This document shows positions 1 to 11,895 of a stretch of 64,000 nucleotides of DNA, piece by piece. The notes beneath the pieces are model-generated. The model saw nothing but the letters and a program-made list of their open reading frames with translations, had not been told where the DNA came from and searched no databases. The DNA is from Podarcis liolepis (taxonomy: Eukaryota). The translations under genes and the position numbers were made by a program. Position 1 is the first letter of the stretch. Every line of letters starts with the position of its first letter. The stretch is taken from NCBI GenBank assembly GCA_965112155.1, contig OZ218108.1; one strand, given 5' to 3'.

Positions 1-844
1 GACTCTGAGATTTGTGCTCTACCACAAATTTTGCAGGCATGGGTACATTCTGGGCAGTGAGGCCCTGGACTCAAAGTCCTGTCCTAAGTAGGATGCTCAT
101 TTATGCATCACTGATTTACATGTATAGATGCAAAATTGGGAATAATTACTATAATTTAAATAGAAATAAAACACATCTCATCATAGTGAGGAAGGCTGTG
201 TCTTGGTGGCCTTGGGCTGTTGCTCACTCAGCTGTTCAGGGACGGACTGTCAATGTGCAATTTCAAGGCCTCTGCTCTCCCATCCTATCATTCTCTGTCA
301 TTAAACTGGGCTTGGACTGGATTACCCATCATAAAAGAGGACTCTCCTCTGTATAGTAGGACCCATGGCTCCCCTAGCCCTAAGTGCATTACTGCTTCAG
401 GTACTTCACTGGCCACAGAGCTGTAATTGCTTGAAGGTGATCTCAACCTCCCTGTTTCTTCCATCTTCTAGCATCTTTGAGAAGCTGGTGTGCATGGGCA
501 TCAGATGTACAATTTTTTAAAATAAGAAAAACAGGGAAATATAGGGATGTTACTGGAATGTAGAGTGCCTATGTCTTTATTCTGCACACATGGTGGTGTC
601 TTGGAGTCCCCTTTGACTCAGTAGTTCGACTGTTTTTGTCACGTTTCCTGTTTTGTAGCAAAGGCGCATCTAAATCCCACCGAATATTCAGTGGAATTCG
701 GTGAACATTTGAATGTATAAGTCCCATGAATTTCAATGGAACTGAAATGACATGGAGTGACTGGCAAGGCAAGGTGAGGCAGACACAAATTGGAAGTTAC
801 TCCATTGCCAGCTTCCCATAGACCACAGCATGGCCACTATGAGA

Positions 845-1030
845 ACAGAATGCTGCATTAGACACATGCATTTTTTGTATGCACTACTTGACTGGAGAAC
901 TGAATTGCAAAATTTGGAGGAGTGCAAATTTCAGACAGCTCTGTTTCAGTTCACGTACTATTTTGGAAGCTGTGAATTGGGTAGACTTTCCTTCAAATAC
1001 AAGCTAAATTGAACTCCTTCCCCATCCCTA
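845..1030 (+). repeat. Fragment (one end) of an abundant lizard interspersed repeat, probably a non-autonomous DNA transposon ending in CATCCCTA
   Basis: Shares 'gactggagaactg..ttgcaaaatt..g..tgcaaatttc' with 41116-41555 (opposite strand), 35915-36195 and 43275-43540. Confidence 0.6.
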
Positions 1031-1816
1031 AAATTGTATGCTGGCCTGCAGAAAGGCCGTTTCTAGTTAAGCAGCTAACGCAGTGACTAGTGAACATGCT
1101 GTATGTTTTCCTTCAGTGCTTGGCACTTCCATCTTCCCTTCCCCACTCATTTTCCTCACCACCACCCCAACTTATTTATTACATGGCAGGCCAGAAACAT
1201 CTGATTCATTCATTGTATGACAGGGCTGTAATTTTCTATGGCTTTGGTTCTGTAAGCTGAGTCTATTGTTTGTGGCTGAGCATGCAGCCTTGTTCCTTAC
1301 CTCCAACCCACTCCCAACACCTGCTTTCTTGAAACCTCCAGTGCATTGACAAGTATTTTTTTCTCTGGCAAAAAAGATCTAGTCATTTGCTTCTCAATTC
1401 CGCATGCACACACTATCAGGGAATGTTCAGGAGTTTTAAATATATCTTTATATGCAGGGAAAGGTAATGAAACAAATTCTGTCTGTATAACTGTCACGGG
1501 TTTGGGTGGGTGGGCCCCCGCCCCCCCCAGCTAGCATTCAGATGCATCTTCTTCTTCCATTCTAATTGCTCATATTTTAAAGAAGGAAAAAAGCATATCT
1601 AAGCTACATTTTCAAAGGTTCTAAATCACTTGTGTGTGGTGCCAAGTGTATGAATAGTATTGCATTTGCTGATTAGTTTTAAATTCCCTGATGTCGTTTT
1701 TTAAAATGTTTATGATGGACGCATCTTCCTTCCAGATTCACTCCAAGAGATGCTTATGGCGAGCTTGCAGAACATATTGTCTTCCTTTTAAATAAATGAA
1801 CACGTGATTTTGACTC

Positions 1817-1992
1817 ACACTGAGTCAGACCATTGGTCCATTATTGTCTGTGGCTTGCCATATCTCAGGTTCCTCCCAGACCTGGTATGTGCCAGACGAT
1901 GCCAGGGAAGAAAGAGGGACACTTCTGCAGATGCCAGAGGATAAAGATGGAATCTTCTGCCTTCAAAACATGTGCTCTGAGCTATTGCCCCT
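1817..1992 (-). mobile_element. Degraded tRNA-derived SINE with CR1-like tail (Squam2-like)
   Basis: 'gagtcagaccattggtccat' and 'cttctgc...aaaacatgtgctctgagcta' match the copies at 52981-53147 and 54903-55075. Confidence 0.5.
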
Positions 1993-2106
1993 ACCCATAA
2001 ATATGTATATGGTTTTATGAACAACCTAGCCCCAGCCATCACATAGAACCATAAAGTTCAAAGGTAACCTGAGGATCATCTAGTCCAATCTTCAATGCAG
2101 GAATAT

Positions 2107-2246
2107 GTTGTTGTTGTTTAGTCGTTTAGTCGTGTCCGACTCTTTGTGACCCCATGGACCAGAGCACGCCAGGCACTCCTGTCTTCCACTGCCTCCCGCA
2201 GTTTGGTCAGACTCATGTTTGTAGCTTCAAGAACACTGTCCAACCA
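2107..2246 (-). mobile_element. RTE-BovB LINE 3' end fragment with (CAA)n tail
   Basis: 'gttgttgttgtttagtcgtttagtcgtgtccgactctttgtgaccccatggaccagagcacgccaggc' is the typical squamate BovB 3' terminus (reverse complement). Confidence 0.85.
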
Positions 2247-2247
2247 A

Positions 2248-2506
2248 TGAAGAATAAGAATAAGAAGAGTTTGGATTTGATATCCCACCTTTCACTCCCT
2301 TTAAGGAGTCTCAAAGTGGCTAACATTCTCCTTTCCCTTCCTCCCCCACAACAAACACTCTGTGAGGTGAGTGGGGCTGAGAGACTTCAAAGAAGTGTGA
2401 CTGGCGCAAGGTCACCCAGCAGCTGCATGTGGAGGAGCGGAGACACGAACCTGGTTCCCCAGATTACGAGACTACCGCTCTTAACCACTACACCACACTG
2501 GCTCTC
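2248..2506 (-). mobile_element. Young full-length tRNA/CORE SINE with (CTT)n-type tail (Squam3B-like)
   Basis: Near-identical to 14391-14649, 27516-27772, 40022-40280 and 54046-54307. A box TGGTGTAGTGG and B box GGTTCGTGTCT on the minus strand. Confidence 0.85.
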
Positions 2507-2639
2507 AGTGTGCAGGAATGCAGGAATATACAGCTGTCCAATTCAGGGACTGAACCTGTGACATTGGTGTTATCAGCACCATGCTCTAACCAACTGAGCC
2601 AATCATTCAGGGGTATGAATGTACATAATACTCTTATAA

Positions 2640-2870
2640 AGTACTTCTTCAGCAGCACATAGCTAAACTATGGAACTGTTCCACACAGGAGACAGTGATG
2701 GCACCAACCTTGAAAGCTGTACAAGAGAATTAGAAAAAATCATGGAGAACATGGCTACCAGTGGCTACTAGCCATTAATGCTGGTTATGTTTCTGAATAC
2801 CAGGAGCTGGAAACCACAAGGTGGGAGAGTGCTCTTGTGCTTGGGTATATTGACCAAAGGAAGATAGGTG
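2640..2870 (+). mobile_element. Degraded CR1 LINE 3' fragment
   Basis: 'gtacttcttcagcagcacatagctaaactatggaac..gtgatggcaccaacctt..aattagaaaaaatcatggag' resembles a CR1 ORF2 end and 3' UTR. Confidence 0.55.
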
Positions 2871-2956
2871 GTGCAAGGGGTCATTGCATCTGGATGATGA
2901 CCAGAGAGTTGGTGCTTTGAGCCTACCCAGCAATGACTGTGGGCAGCATGGACTAC

Positions 2957-3368
2957 TGCTATTCCAGGCTGCATCAACAGAAATATAGTGTCCAGATCAA
3001 GGGAAGTAATAGTACCACTCTATTCTGCCTTGGTCAGACCACACCTGGAATACTGTGTCCAATTCTGGGTGCCACAATTTAAGAAGGATGTTGACAAGCT
3101 GGAATGGGTGCAGAGTAGGGCAACCAAGATGATCAAGGGTCTGGAAACCAAGCCTTATGAGGAGCGCTTGAAGGAGCTGGATATGTTTAGCCTGGAAAAG
3201 AGGAGACTGAGAGGAGATATGATAGTCTTCTTAAAATGTCTTAAGGGTTGTCACATGGAGGAGGGAGCATGCTTGTTGTCTCCTGCTCTGGAGGGTCGGA
3301 CTCAAACCAATGGCTTCTGGTTATAAGAAAGAAGATTCCGACTAAACATACAGAAAAACTTTCTGACT
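2957..3368 (+). mobile_element. CR1 LINE ORF2 C-terminal fragment
   Basis: ORF 2988-3326 reads [38 protein letters not shown]-type CR1 motifs. Premature stop present. Confidence 0.9.
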
Positions 3369-4667
3369 TTCTGGATCAAAGAATATGTCCAGACTTGCTC
3401 TCTCAAGGGGAGTGCAGCTTCATCCAGAGCAGACTGAGTACTAGTTCCCCAGACCTGATAACCATACAGAGCACAATTTGAGTCCAATGGCCCTCATCCA
3501 CCCTACTAACACCTTTGGGCACTGGTTCATCACCTTCACAGCCTCACCTGACTTAGACAAAAAGGAGAAAGAGAATTCTGCAAGGTCTTTATCGTGAATC
3601 AGCATGAGATATCCTCCATCATCAGTAAATTACCTTAGAAGTAGCAAGTTCATGTGTTGTCTTGTTTCCTCATTTTGGTAGGTGGGACAGAAAGCTGTGG
3701 AATCATCCCCTTTTCCTACTGTGCTTTTTATTTCATTCATTTATCAGGGCCATCAACATTTAATCCCTTGGGCTCAGCTGTCAACTGAACATTGAAGGTT
3801 CCTGAAGCTCTCTTTCCCTCAGAAGCCTCTCTCTCCCAGTGGCCACAAGGGCATTTCTGCCTCTCCAACATCTCCTTTTTGAGTGTTTAGAGACCAATTC
3901 AAGCAAAATGCTCTAATGCTGGACTTCTCTTAACATTCAGATCTTCTCCCCTCTCTCCTCCTTTTCCCATTACCACTGACAGCCCTATCATCCTCCTGTC
4001 ATGCTCAGGTTGGCATGCCCTCATTGAGCATCTGCATTGTTATTAAGTCCTGACACTTCTCGGATAACTCTGAAGTCAGCTGATAAAATAACATTGTGCA
4101 CCTAAGTCGTTTCTTACTCTGACGACTTCTGCCATCTTCTCTTTTGGGATTCCTGCCTATATTCTTACTTTAACCTAATCCAACCTTAAGGTTAATATTA
4201 TTATTTTTAAGGCTCCACGTCATCAGTCGTATTCTTTTTTTAAAATAAAATAAATCCTGCTATTCTATTTGCTTGTTTCCCTTGCTTCTCCCCCTCCCTC
4301 TCCCAAGCCCTTGATGTTACATTTACTTTACTTTCCCTCTTGTCTTCATGTTAAACATGGCTTTGCAAAATTCTACCTGTATGTTGAGAAACAAGACAGG
4401 GTCAAGTCCTTAAGCTAAAACTCTTCCCTGTTTTAAATGACTGAGTTCCTGCTAGTTATTATTTCAAGGCAGAGAAATGTATGTCATTATCATGGTGGGC
4501 TTGTGGATGAAAGGAGGGAGCGTACATCTCAGAGACCCATGCAGAGTGCAATGCATCTCTGACATTTAAGCACAGGAAGAGCACAGTGTATATATTGGTG
4601 ATGGAGGCTGCCCATCATCAGGGCTGATTTTTGCTCCATCACAAAAGCCCTATTCTTGTCTAAGGAG

Positions 4668-5164
4668 AAACATCCCTCCCACTTATGCAGGGGTTATGTT
4701 CTAGGCCCACACACACATAAGTGAAGTGTGGGAGCGTAAAATGGGGGGCACCCTCTAAAAAGCCTCTGAATGCCTATTTCCCCCTGCTCTCCAGCACTGA
4801 TTCCCACTCTCTCTCCGCACAACTCTTTTCAACTAAAGCTCTGGAGATAGCTGGAGGCTGGAAGACGGGCAGGAAAGCAGCAGCAGCTCCTGCTGCTGCT
4901 GTAGTACCCCACATGTCAGCTGTTAGGCGGTGAGGCTGGGCAGCCTAAACAAAGCCCCTCTGTGCCTCAGCTCTTTTGGGGGCTTTTTCTGCCCTCACTA
5001 ATGTCCCCTTCGGGCTCAAGGGATGGTCTGCTCATGAGGCAAGAGGACTCTCCAATTCTCTCCCACTATTTCCAGGTATGGTTCTATTTATTTATTTACT
5101 TCTTGGCACTGCACATATATGCAGTTGCACACAAGGAAAATGGGTGTAAGTTGGGGGTGCAGTA
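4668..5164. mobile_element. Old Tc1/mariner (Tigger-like) MITE
   Basis: Imperfect inverted ends 'catccctcccacttatgc' / 'gtgtaagttgggggtgcagta'. Confidence 0.45.
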
Positions 5165-5391
5165 GTGTTGAGTGCCGTATCACATGCCACCAGTCAGTAG
5201 AGGCTACTGCAACTATTTTGTTGCATACTGCCCTTGCATTAATTGCTCACAGCTGCCTTGTACTGTTTCACATCTGTACATAGTCCGGAAGACTGAGCCA
5301 ATTGGGCAATACACATAAAGGTCAAAAATAAATGAAGGAATCCCCACTGCATACAATCCTGATTCCCATCTCTCCATGTCCCTGTGTGCCA

Positions 5392-5642
5392 GAGAGCCAT
5401 TGGCATAATGGTCAGTGTGTTGGGCTTTGCCGTGGAAGACCAGGATTTGAATCCCCACTCAGCCATGAAGCTCATTGGGTAACTGTGGACCAGTCACTGG
5501 CTCTCAGCCTAACATACCTCACAGGGTTGTTGTGAGGATAGAAGGGGGAGCAGAGAAGCATGTCTACCACCTTGAGCTCCTTGAAGGAAAAGATGTCATA
5601 TAAATTAATAATAATAATGATGATGATGATGATGATGATGAT
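5392..5642 (+). mobile_element. Older CORE SINE (Squam3A/MIR-like) with (TAA)/(GAT)n tail
   Basis: tRNA head 'gagagccattggcataatgg..ggatttgaatccc' and CORE 'ctctcagcctaacatacctcacagggttgttgtgagg'. Confidence 0.75.
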
Positions 5643-5759
5643 GGGGTCCCTGCTTTATTAATAAATTTATTTCTTTTTACAGAAAAGGCTGCAAAATAAG
5701 AATCTTCTTGGATAATTTAAATCTAAGGCAATCTTATGCGAAACTTAAAATCTAGCTAT

Positions 5760-6230
5760 TACAGTAAAGGGGGGGCAGAGAAAGATTCTTCAGATGAGCT
5801 GAATGGCCATCAGCCTTTCATTTCCCTCTTAACCTAAAGCTGATTTAACTGGCAGCCGGATAGTGTTTTGAATGGCTTGCAAAGATTCCAGTTATATCTA
5901 ACCTCGTGAATGGCGGTAATGATATATGTTTCATTCACCGGAGAAACAACTGTTTTCTTTTCCCTCCTCTAATTCTCTGCTTCGCAGGTACCTACAATGA
6001 TATAATATACATTGCTATTATTGTAAAACGAGAGTTTATTACATGGCTAAGTAAGTTGATCTTTGTAAAAGTGAACAAGCACATTGAAATAAAAATAAAA
6101 AACTACTTAATCCAATCTTCTCCCGTGCAATTCCTTTCGAAGGGAACAGACACGGCCTGTTAAAAATCACAAAGAATGTCGAGTTTCCATTCACAGACAA
6201 AGTGTCCTCATTCAAACCCACATTCTATAG
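5760..6230. promoter_or_regulatory. Putative conserved non-coding element containing an exon-like segment
   Basis: Repeat-free, retains several CpGs in an otherwise CpG-poor background, and has TGATTTA/TTTATTAC homeobox-type motifs. Conservation is inferred, not measured. Confidence 0.45.
5988..6050 (+). other. Candidate 63-nt internal (cassette, poison or recursive) exon
   Basis: Polypyrimidine tract 5951-5985 with CTAAT, then CAG|GTACCT acceptor and TAA|GTAAGT donor at 6051. One of three frames is open (GTYNDIIYIAIIVKREFITWL). Confidence 0.3.
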
Positions 6231-6924
6231 CTACCTTAACCCCCCTTCTCAGCTTTCCTGACTGCAGAGAAATGTGATTCCATGGAACCGTTGGCGGTTT
6301 TCGGCTTGTTGCTTTCTTTCCCTTTTTTAAAAAATTAATGCTCCCCACTGGCCAAGGGCTTTTCGAGCCTCGCAGACTCAGTGACACCTAAATGGCACAC
6401 ACTCTGGATTGGCTTGTTGTGTGGAAAAGGCAGATAAAGGGGAGGAGGAGAAACATGAAACAGGTGGGGAAGGCCAAAGTGCCATTCACAAAGAGTTGGG
6501 AGACTGGAGCCAGCGTTGGGGATCATGTCTGTGGTGAAACAGTGACTTTATTGAAATGATTTCGCGTCAGGTGTTAGATTACTTAGAAAGCCCTGGGAAT
6601 TCTGTGAAATCTGGCAAGCCTGCGGCTACAAAAGCAAGAGAGAAGGAGGGAGAGAAAGGGAGAAGATCTTCTGAACTTTCAGCCAGGAAATGAGGAGAAA
6701 GAAACAATTATTGCTTAATTAGTCTGATTAGTGCGGCTGGAAGCTACCCTGCCAACTTTGCCATGTAATAATTGTCAAACGTGGAGCCAACTCTCCGGGC
6801 TGTGTTGAGGATTATATGGAAGATTTTATCACTATTGTTTGGCTCCGTGTCTACGTCCTTCATAAACAGACTTTTGTATGTCCACCAGTAGTACCTTCAA
6901 GAAAATGCTGCGGGGTAACTTTGC

Positions 6925-7053
6925 TTCCTGTTGCGGAGAACCATAGGAGGGAGAGCGCTGTTGTGTTCAGGTCCTGCTTAAGGCATCTGGTTGGCTGCTG
7001 TGTGAACAGATTGCTGGACTGGTTGGGACTTTGACCTGATCCAACAGGCTTCT
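6925..7053 (+). mobile_element. CR1-type 3' UTR fragment
   Basis: 'ggcatctggttggctgctgtgtgaacagattgctggact..cctgatccaacaggct' matches the reverse complement of 59530-59620 and 23335-23410. Confidence 0.55.
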
Positions 7054-7964
7054 CTTTCATTTTTAGTAGGAATGCTCCTGTTGAGCCAGTCATACCCTCC
7101 TCCAGAACCCTCCAATAATTTACAAGTTTACAATAATTTACAGGTTTACAAGTCCAATAATTCCTGACCATGTTGGCTTGGCTTGATGTGAGTTGAAGTC
7201 CAAAACATCTTGAAGCCACTGTTTTAGAGAAGATTGCTATAAGCAGAGCATTTACCCCCCTTTCCCTAGTTTTCTGTCTTCCTTTTGCAGCCAATTTTTA
7301 ACAGCCTGTGGCTACTAATTTTTGGAAGGGCATGTGTTTTTCCTTGGGATTTTAGGAAGGAAGGAAGGGTTTTTTAAAACACACACACAAAAACACAAAA
7401 AAAACTTCTGTAAACTTTGGGCTTCTTCCTACCGTGCTGATACCTCACTTGTTTCCCAGTGGGCCCTTTCCTTTATCTTGCCTCTCAACACCTGATTTCA
7501 CTAATAGAAGCTAATATTTTGTAATGGGGCATATTACAGGTATATTTCAAAATCTTCATTGGCTCCCAGTTTGCTACTGAACACAGCTGAAAATGCTGGC
7601 TTTGACCCTTAAAGGTCAATTGGACAAGGGTATCTGAAGGATCTCCTGATCCCAAGTGAAGCTGTCCATCAGCTGAGATCCATCTCCAGTCATGCATTTT
7701 TAAAAGATCATTCTGAATCACATCACAGACTTCTTGGAATTTCACTGTCCCAGACATTGTGGTGTCCTGGCTTCTGTCACCAGCCGAGTGAAATACCGTT
7801 ATAGAAATGCCATTACAGAAGCCTTCCAGATTTCTTAATATTGGATATTTGAGTAGTACACACTATAGGGCTTTTTCTTCTATCTATTGCAGAACCCCAG
7901 TTATTCTTAATCAGTCACTTTGTAAATACTACCGTTGATCTATCTATATGCTAATAGTGCATTA

Positions 7965-8190
7965 GAGTAGTACCTCGGGTTACATACGCTTCAGGTTACA
8001 GACTCTGCTAACCCAGAAATAGTACCTCGGGTAAAGAACTTTGCTTCAGGATGAGAACAGAAATCGTGCTCCGGCAGCACAGCAGCAGCAAGAGGCCCCA
8101 TTAGCTAAAGTGGTGCTTCAGGCTAAGAACAGTTTCAGGTTAAGAACGGACCTCCGGAATGAATTAAGTACTTAACCCGAGGTACCACTG
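7965..8190. mobile_element. Tc1/mariner (Tigger-like) MITE family A
   Basis: TIR CAGTGGTACCTCGGGTTA (left copy mutated), TA/TG flanks. Copies at 15132-15373 and 49833-50058. Confidence 0.85.
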
Positions 8191-8353
8191 TGTTTGTTAT
8201 CATTTTGTTTATACTGCCAATTGGTAGAAAAATTGGAGAGGGAGGGAGGAAGATTTTCTGAAAACAAAAGACTTTACCACAGCAGACTCTGCATGGCATT
8301 TATAATCCAAAAATTAATTTAGCGTCATAGGGCAGGCTTTGGGTTCTCATTAT

Positions 8354-8725
8354 CAGTGCTTTTTTTCTGGGGGTACGCAGGGGTACGTATAACCCTAAAC
8401 ATTTTGTGAATCTAATGGGAGAATAAACTACAGTATTTTTTAAAAAAAGTTTAGTTTCTTTAAAGTAAAGAACTGACTCGTCAGTTCCATTGCTACCCCC
8501 AATGGCGGCCTCATTTCCTGTCACGGTGTTTCTTGAGTCTCAGACGGAAGTGAGCGTTTAATGTGTGAAGTAGGAGTTGGAATCTAGCAGGGTGATTGGT
8601 CAGTTTCATTATTACCACCTCTGATGGTGGCTTCATTTCCTTTCTTGATTTGAACTATAAAATGGTGATTTATTTTTAAAGTCAAAATGAGAGTACCCCT
8701 AAACATTAGGGGGGGGGGAGCACTG
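8354..8725. mobile_element. hAT-type MITE
   Basis: Termini CAGTGCT..AGCACTG, subterminal GGGGTAC repeats, degenerate 8-bp TSD CTCATTAT/CCCATGAT. Confidence 0.7.
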
Positions 8726-9939
8726 CCCATGATCTTATGGTTCGTCTACAGCGCTTAGAAAAATCCATTATACTACTGAAAGGTGTGATTAGGGATATCA
8801 CAGCCAGTTTCTAAAGTTTTTTATTTCACAGTTTACGCTTGCAAAGCGCATTTATGGGCAAACTAGTCATAAACTGATAACGTCAGCTACTGGTTTGTAT
8901 GCAAGTGCTCATAAACTTGCATATCTTCCTTTTAAAGAATGCTGGATTAGTTTTGAAAGGAAAGCATTACTCCTTCTGTTTCTGTGGCATCAGCACTTTT
9001 GTCTACATCACCACAAGATTACACCCACACAGTTGTTTTCCAATGACTGCATTTGCCCCCAAGCACACACTCTTGGCCAACAACTTTACAAAGAATCAAG
9101 AATGTCTGGTTATTGTTTTGGTCACTTCATGTGGTATCTGTCTTTAGATTCTTTGTGTGTGTATTGGTGACAATAAACTTTTTGGAAAAAATATTGGCAT
9201 GACTCAAAGCATTTGTTTTTTAAAGTATTACTACTACTTTTACTACTACTACCACGATTACTGCTGTTACTATTATCATGCATGGCATTCCTGTCACTGC
9301 TGACCAAGTAAAGGAATTGTTTGCAGATGGCTTATAGTCTTTTTGGTACCATTGAAAAGAGAAAACTCTATTAATAATCATTTTAGTGGTTATCACGTAT
9401 ACCATGTTGAAACCTCTAAGAGATTTAAAAAAACTGAAAACCAGAGGAAATAATTAAAATTCTATTTTTGTTCATGGTTGTCTTTTTCTGCTTTGATGAA
9501 AGTTTTCAAAAGTGACTTCTTTCCATGCATTAATCTTTTTTAGATTCCTCAGAAGCTTTCATTAAAAAATATATATACTTCAAGTTCTCTCTCTCTCCCT
9601 TTCATACATGCACAAAATACACACATTTTAAATATTATATAATATGAATAGATTACCACTGTGAGCCTACGCTCATTTAGAAACAACCTGCACATGAGCT
9701 CGGGATTGTTAGAAGCTTCAAACAAAAAGGTCACATGAACATTATCTCAAATCCAGAGCACAAAGAGACAGTATCAGGTATCCCAACCTATATACTCAAA
9801 TGCCATATGTTACAGGGTGAGCAAAGCAGAGATCCACCGCATGCTCTGGAGAAGGAAATGAATCAATTCTTCATGCAAACTTTGTTGCAGAGCAATCCAA
9901 ATGTATTTGGCATTTTCAAGCGATGCCTTTCCTATCAAA

Positions 9940-10345
9940 GTGTCAGCATGGATGGGGCTGCACTCCCCTTGATGGTCAGGTTCACAGTTTGGGGTATTCT
10001 GTCAGTGGAGATTCATGTATTCTCAGTGGCTAGAAGTTCCTTTTTGCAACTGAAATTGGTATGGCTGCTACAGATATTCCTGGACTTGGAAAGTTTAGCT
10101 ACAGTAGTTCATGCGTTGGTTACTTAAGTACTGGATAACTATCATGTGCTTTTTGTGGGGCTTCCCCTGTGCTTGATCCAGAAGCTGCAGCTAGTGCAGA
10201 ATGCTGAAGTACAATTGCTGGTGGGAATGAGCACTTATCAGCATATAAGACCTGCACTAGTTGCCAGTTTGCTACTGGGACAAGCTCAAGGTGTTACTAC
10301 TAGTATTTAAAGCCCCATTTATCTGCAAGATCGCCTTACCCAATA
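9940..10345 (+). mobile_element. Old L2 LINE ORF2 3' remnant
   Basis: 'ctggataactatcatgtgctttttgtggggcttcccctg..cagaagctgcagctagtgcagaatgct' is a degenerate LDYCNALYVGLP..LQLVQNA. Confidence 0.65.
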
Positions 10346-10949
10346 TATGCCCTATTGTCCCCTACATGTATTTTTCTATGATCTGCAAAATGCAACAGAA
10401 CAGTGCTGCATTCAAGAAAGCAATAGATCCTAGCAGAGTGTATATTATTTACAAAAAAAGTATTAAAACTAACTTTACATTTCAGCATTTTCTTTCATAT
10501 GAATCTGTTAATCTGGAATTCACATGCTGTTGATAAAAGTGAAAGATGTAACTTTTAATTAAATTGTGTTAAGCCCTGTCCCCTCTCTCTGATAGAGGCA
10601 GGAAGTAACATCCTTTATTTCAAATTCTATTCCAAATCTCCTTTGATCCCAAGCTGCATTCACTTTTCCTTTTGCCTTTCACAATGCTCGAGGGCAACAC
10701 AAATGCATTTCATTTGTACTTTCTTCTTATTTCTTCATTTTCATAATCCTAGAAAGAAAATAATTAAAGAAGAGCTGCAGTGCCCGTGAATAGCCTTAAA
10801 TTTAAACACGCTAGTCAATAGCCATAACATCTGTCAGACACTGAAGTGTCACATAAAAGGGAAGCTTCTAGTCCACTTGAAATTTAATAGCATGTATTGA
10901 TAGTTCTTGTCCACCCTCCACCACACTGTACAATACCAAAAGCATTTCA

Positions 10950-11143
10950 ATGCGCTCTGGCTTCTGTCACGGTGTTCTGTTGCGCCAGAAGCGGTTTAGT
11001 CATACTGGCCACATGACCTGGAAAGCTGCCTGTGGACAAATGCCGGCTCCCTCGGCCTGAAGCAAGATGAGCGCCGCAACCCCATAGTTGCCTTTGACTG
11101 GACTTAACCATCCAAGGGCCATTTACCTTTTTTTAATTTTACC
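10950..11143 (+). mobile_element. Sauria SINE (Squam1) 3' half
   Basis: 'gccagaagcggtttagtcatactggccacatgacctggaa..gatgagcgccgcaacccc..tttacc' matches 63342-63676. Confidence 0.8.
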
Positions 11144-11539
11144 TAATACCAGAACTCAAGACTCTAAGGATAGGTTGTAATTACTTAGTTTAAAGCACAG
11201 AATAAGAAAGCATGGCTTATCCTGAGGTAGCTCATCTTGCTAAGAGGATGTGATGTGAGGATAGAAAAAATTAGGAATGAAAGCAAAAATATCTTAGCCT
11301 TAATTATTTGTTGGGAAAAACCCCAAAGATGACATTTCTTAAAGTGCTTACAAGACATATTTTTATGTGGTCCTTTCAGATAGACTCATCTAATCTATTT
11401 AGATGGGAAATGCGCCATTGAATTGAGCAGACATTTTCACAGTCCAAATGTATATACTATAGTGATCAGGTGGTGCTTTCTAACCCTGAATGAGTTAAAT
11501 AATAACAATGATGTTGATAATGATAATAAATATGATATA

Positions 11540-11895
11540 CAGTGGTGCCCCGCAAGACGAATGCCTCGCAAGACGGAAAAACTCGCTAGACGAAAGGGTT
11601 TTGCGGATTTTGAGCTGCTTCGCAAGACGAATTTCCCTATGGGCTTGCTTCGCAAGACGAAAACGTCTTGCGTTTTTTGCAAGTTTGTTTCCTTTTTCTT
11701 AACACCGTTAATACAGTTGTGACTTGACTTCGAGGAGCAAGTCATAGAACGTGGTGTGGTAGCCTTTTTTTGAGGTTTTTGGCGATTTTTGAAGGTTTTC
11801 CAAAACTTTTCCGACACCGTGCTTTGCAAGACGAAAAATTCGCTAGACGAAAAAACTTGTGGAACGAATTAATTTCGTCTTGTGAGGCACCACTG
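11540..11895. mobile_element. Tc1/mariner (Tigger-like) MITE family B
   Basis: TA TSD, TIR CAGTGGTGCC(C/T)C(G/A)CAAGACGAA, internal CGCAAGACGA repeats. Second copy at 30210-30499. Confidence 0.85.

Larger units (their letters stand above)
2042..2604 (-). mobile_element. tRNA-Ile-like-head SINE with CR1-type tail, interrupted at 2107-2516
   Basis: Minus strand reads 'gattggctcagttggttagagcatggtgctgataacacc..' (A box). Tail is 'ggactagatgatcctcagg..ggttctatg'. AATGCAGGAATAT is duplicated at 2094-2106 and 2517-2529. Confidence 0.7.

Noticed and set aside
1492-1536. TGTCACGGG LTR-like start with a G/C-rich hairpin
   Set aside because: Too short, with no partner end or TSD
11540-11895. Regularly recurring CGCAAGACGA motif resembling a CRISPR or iteron array
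   Set aside because: These are subterminal repeats inside a TA-flanked MITE in a vertebrate genome, with irregular spacing and no cas genes
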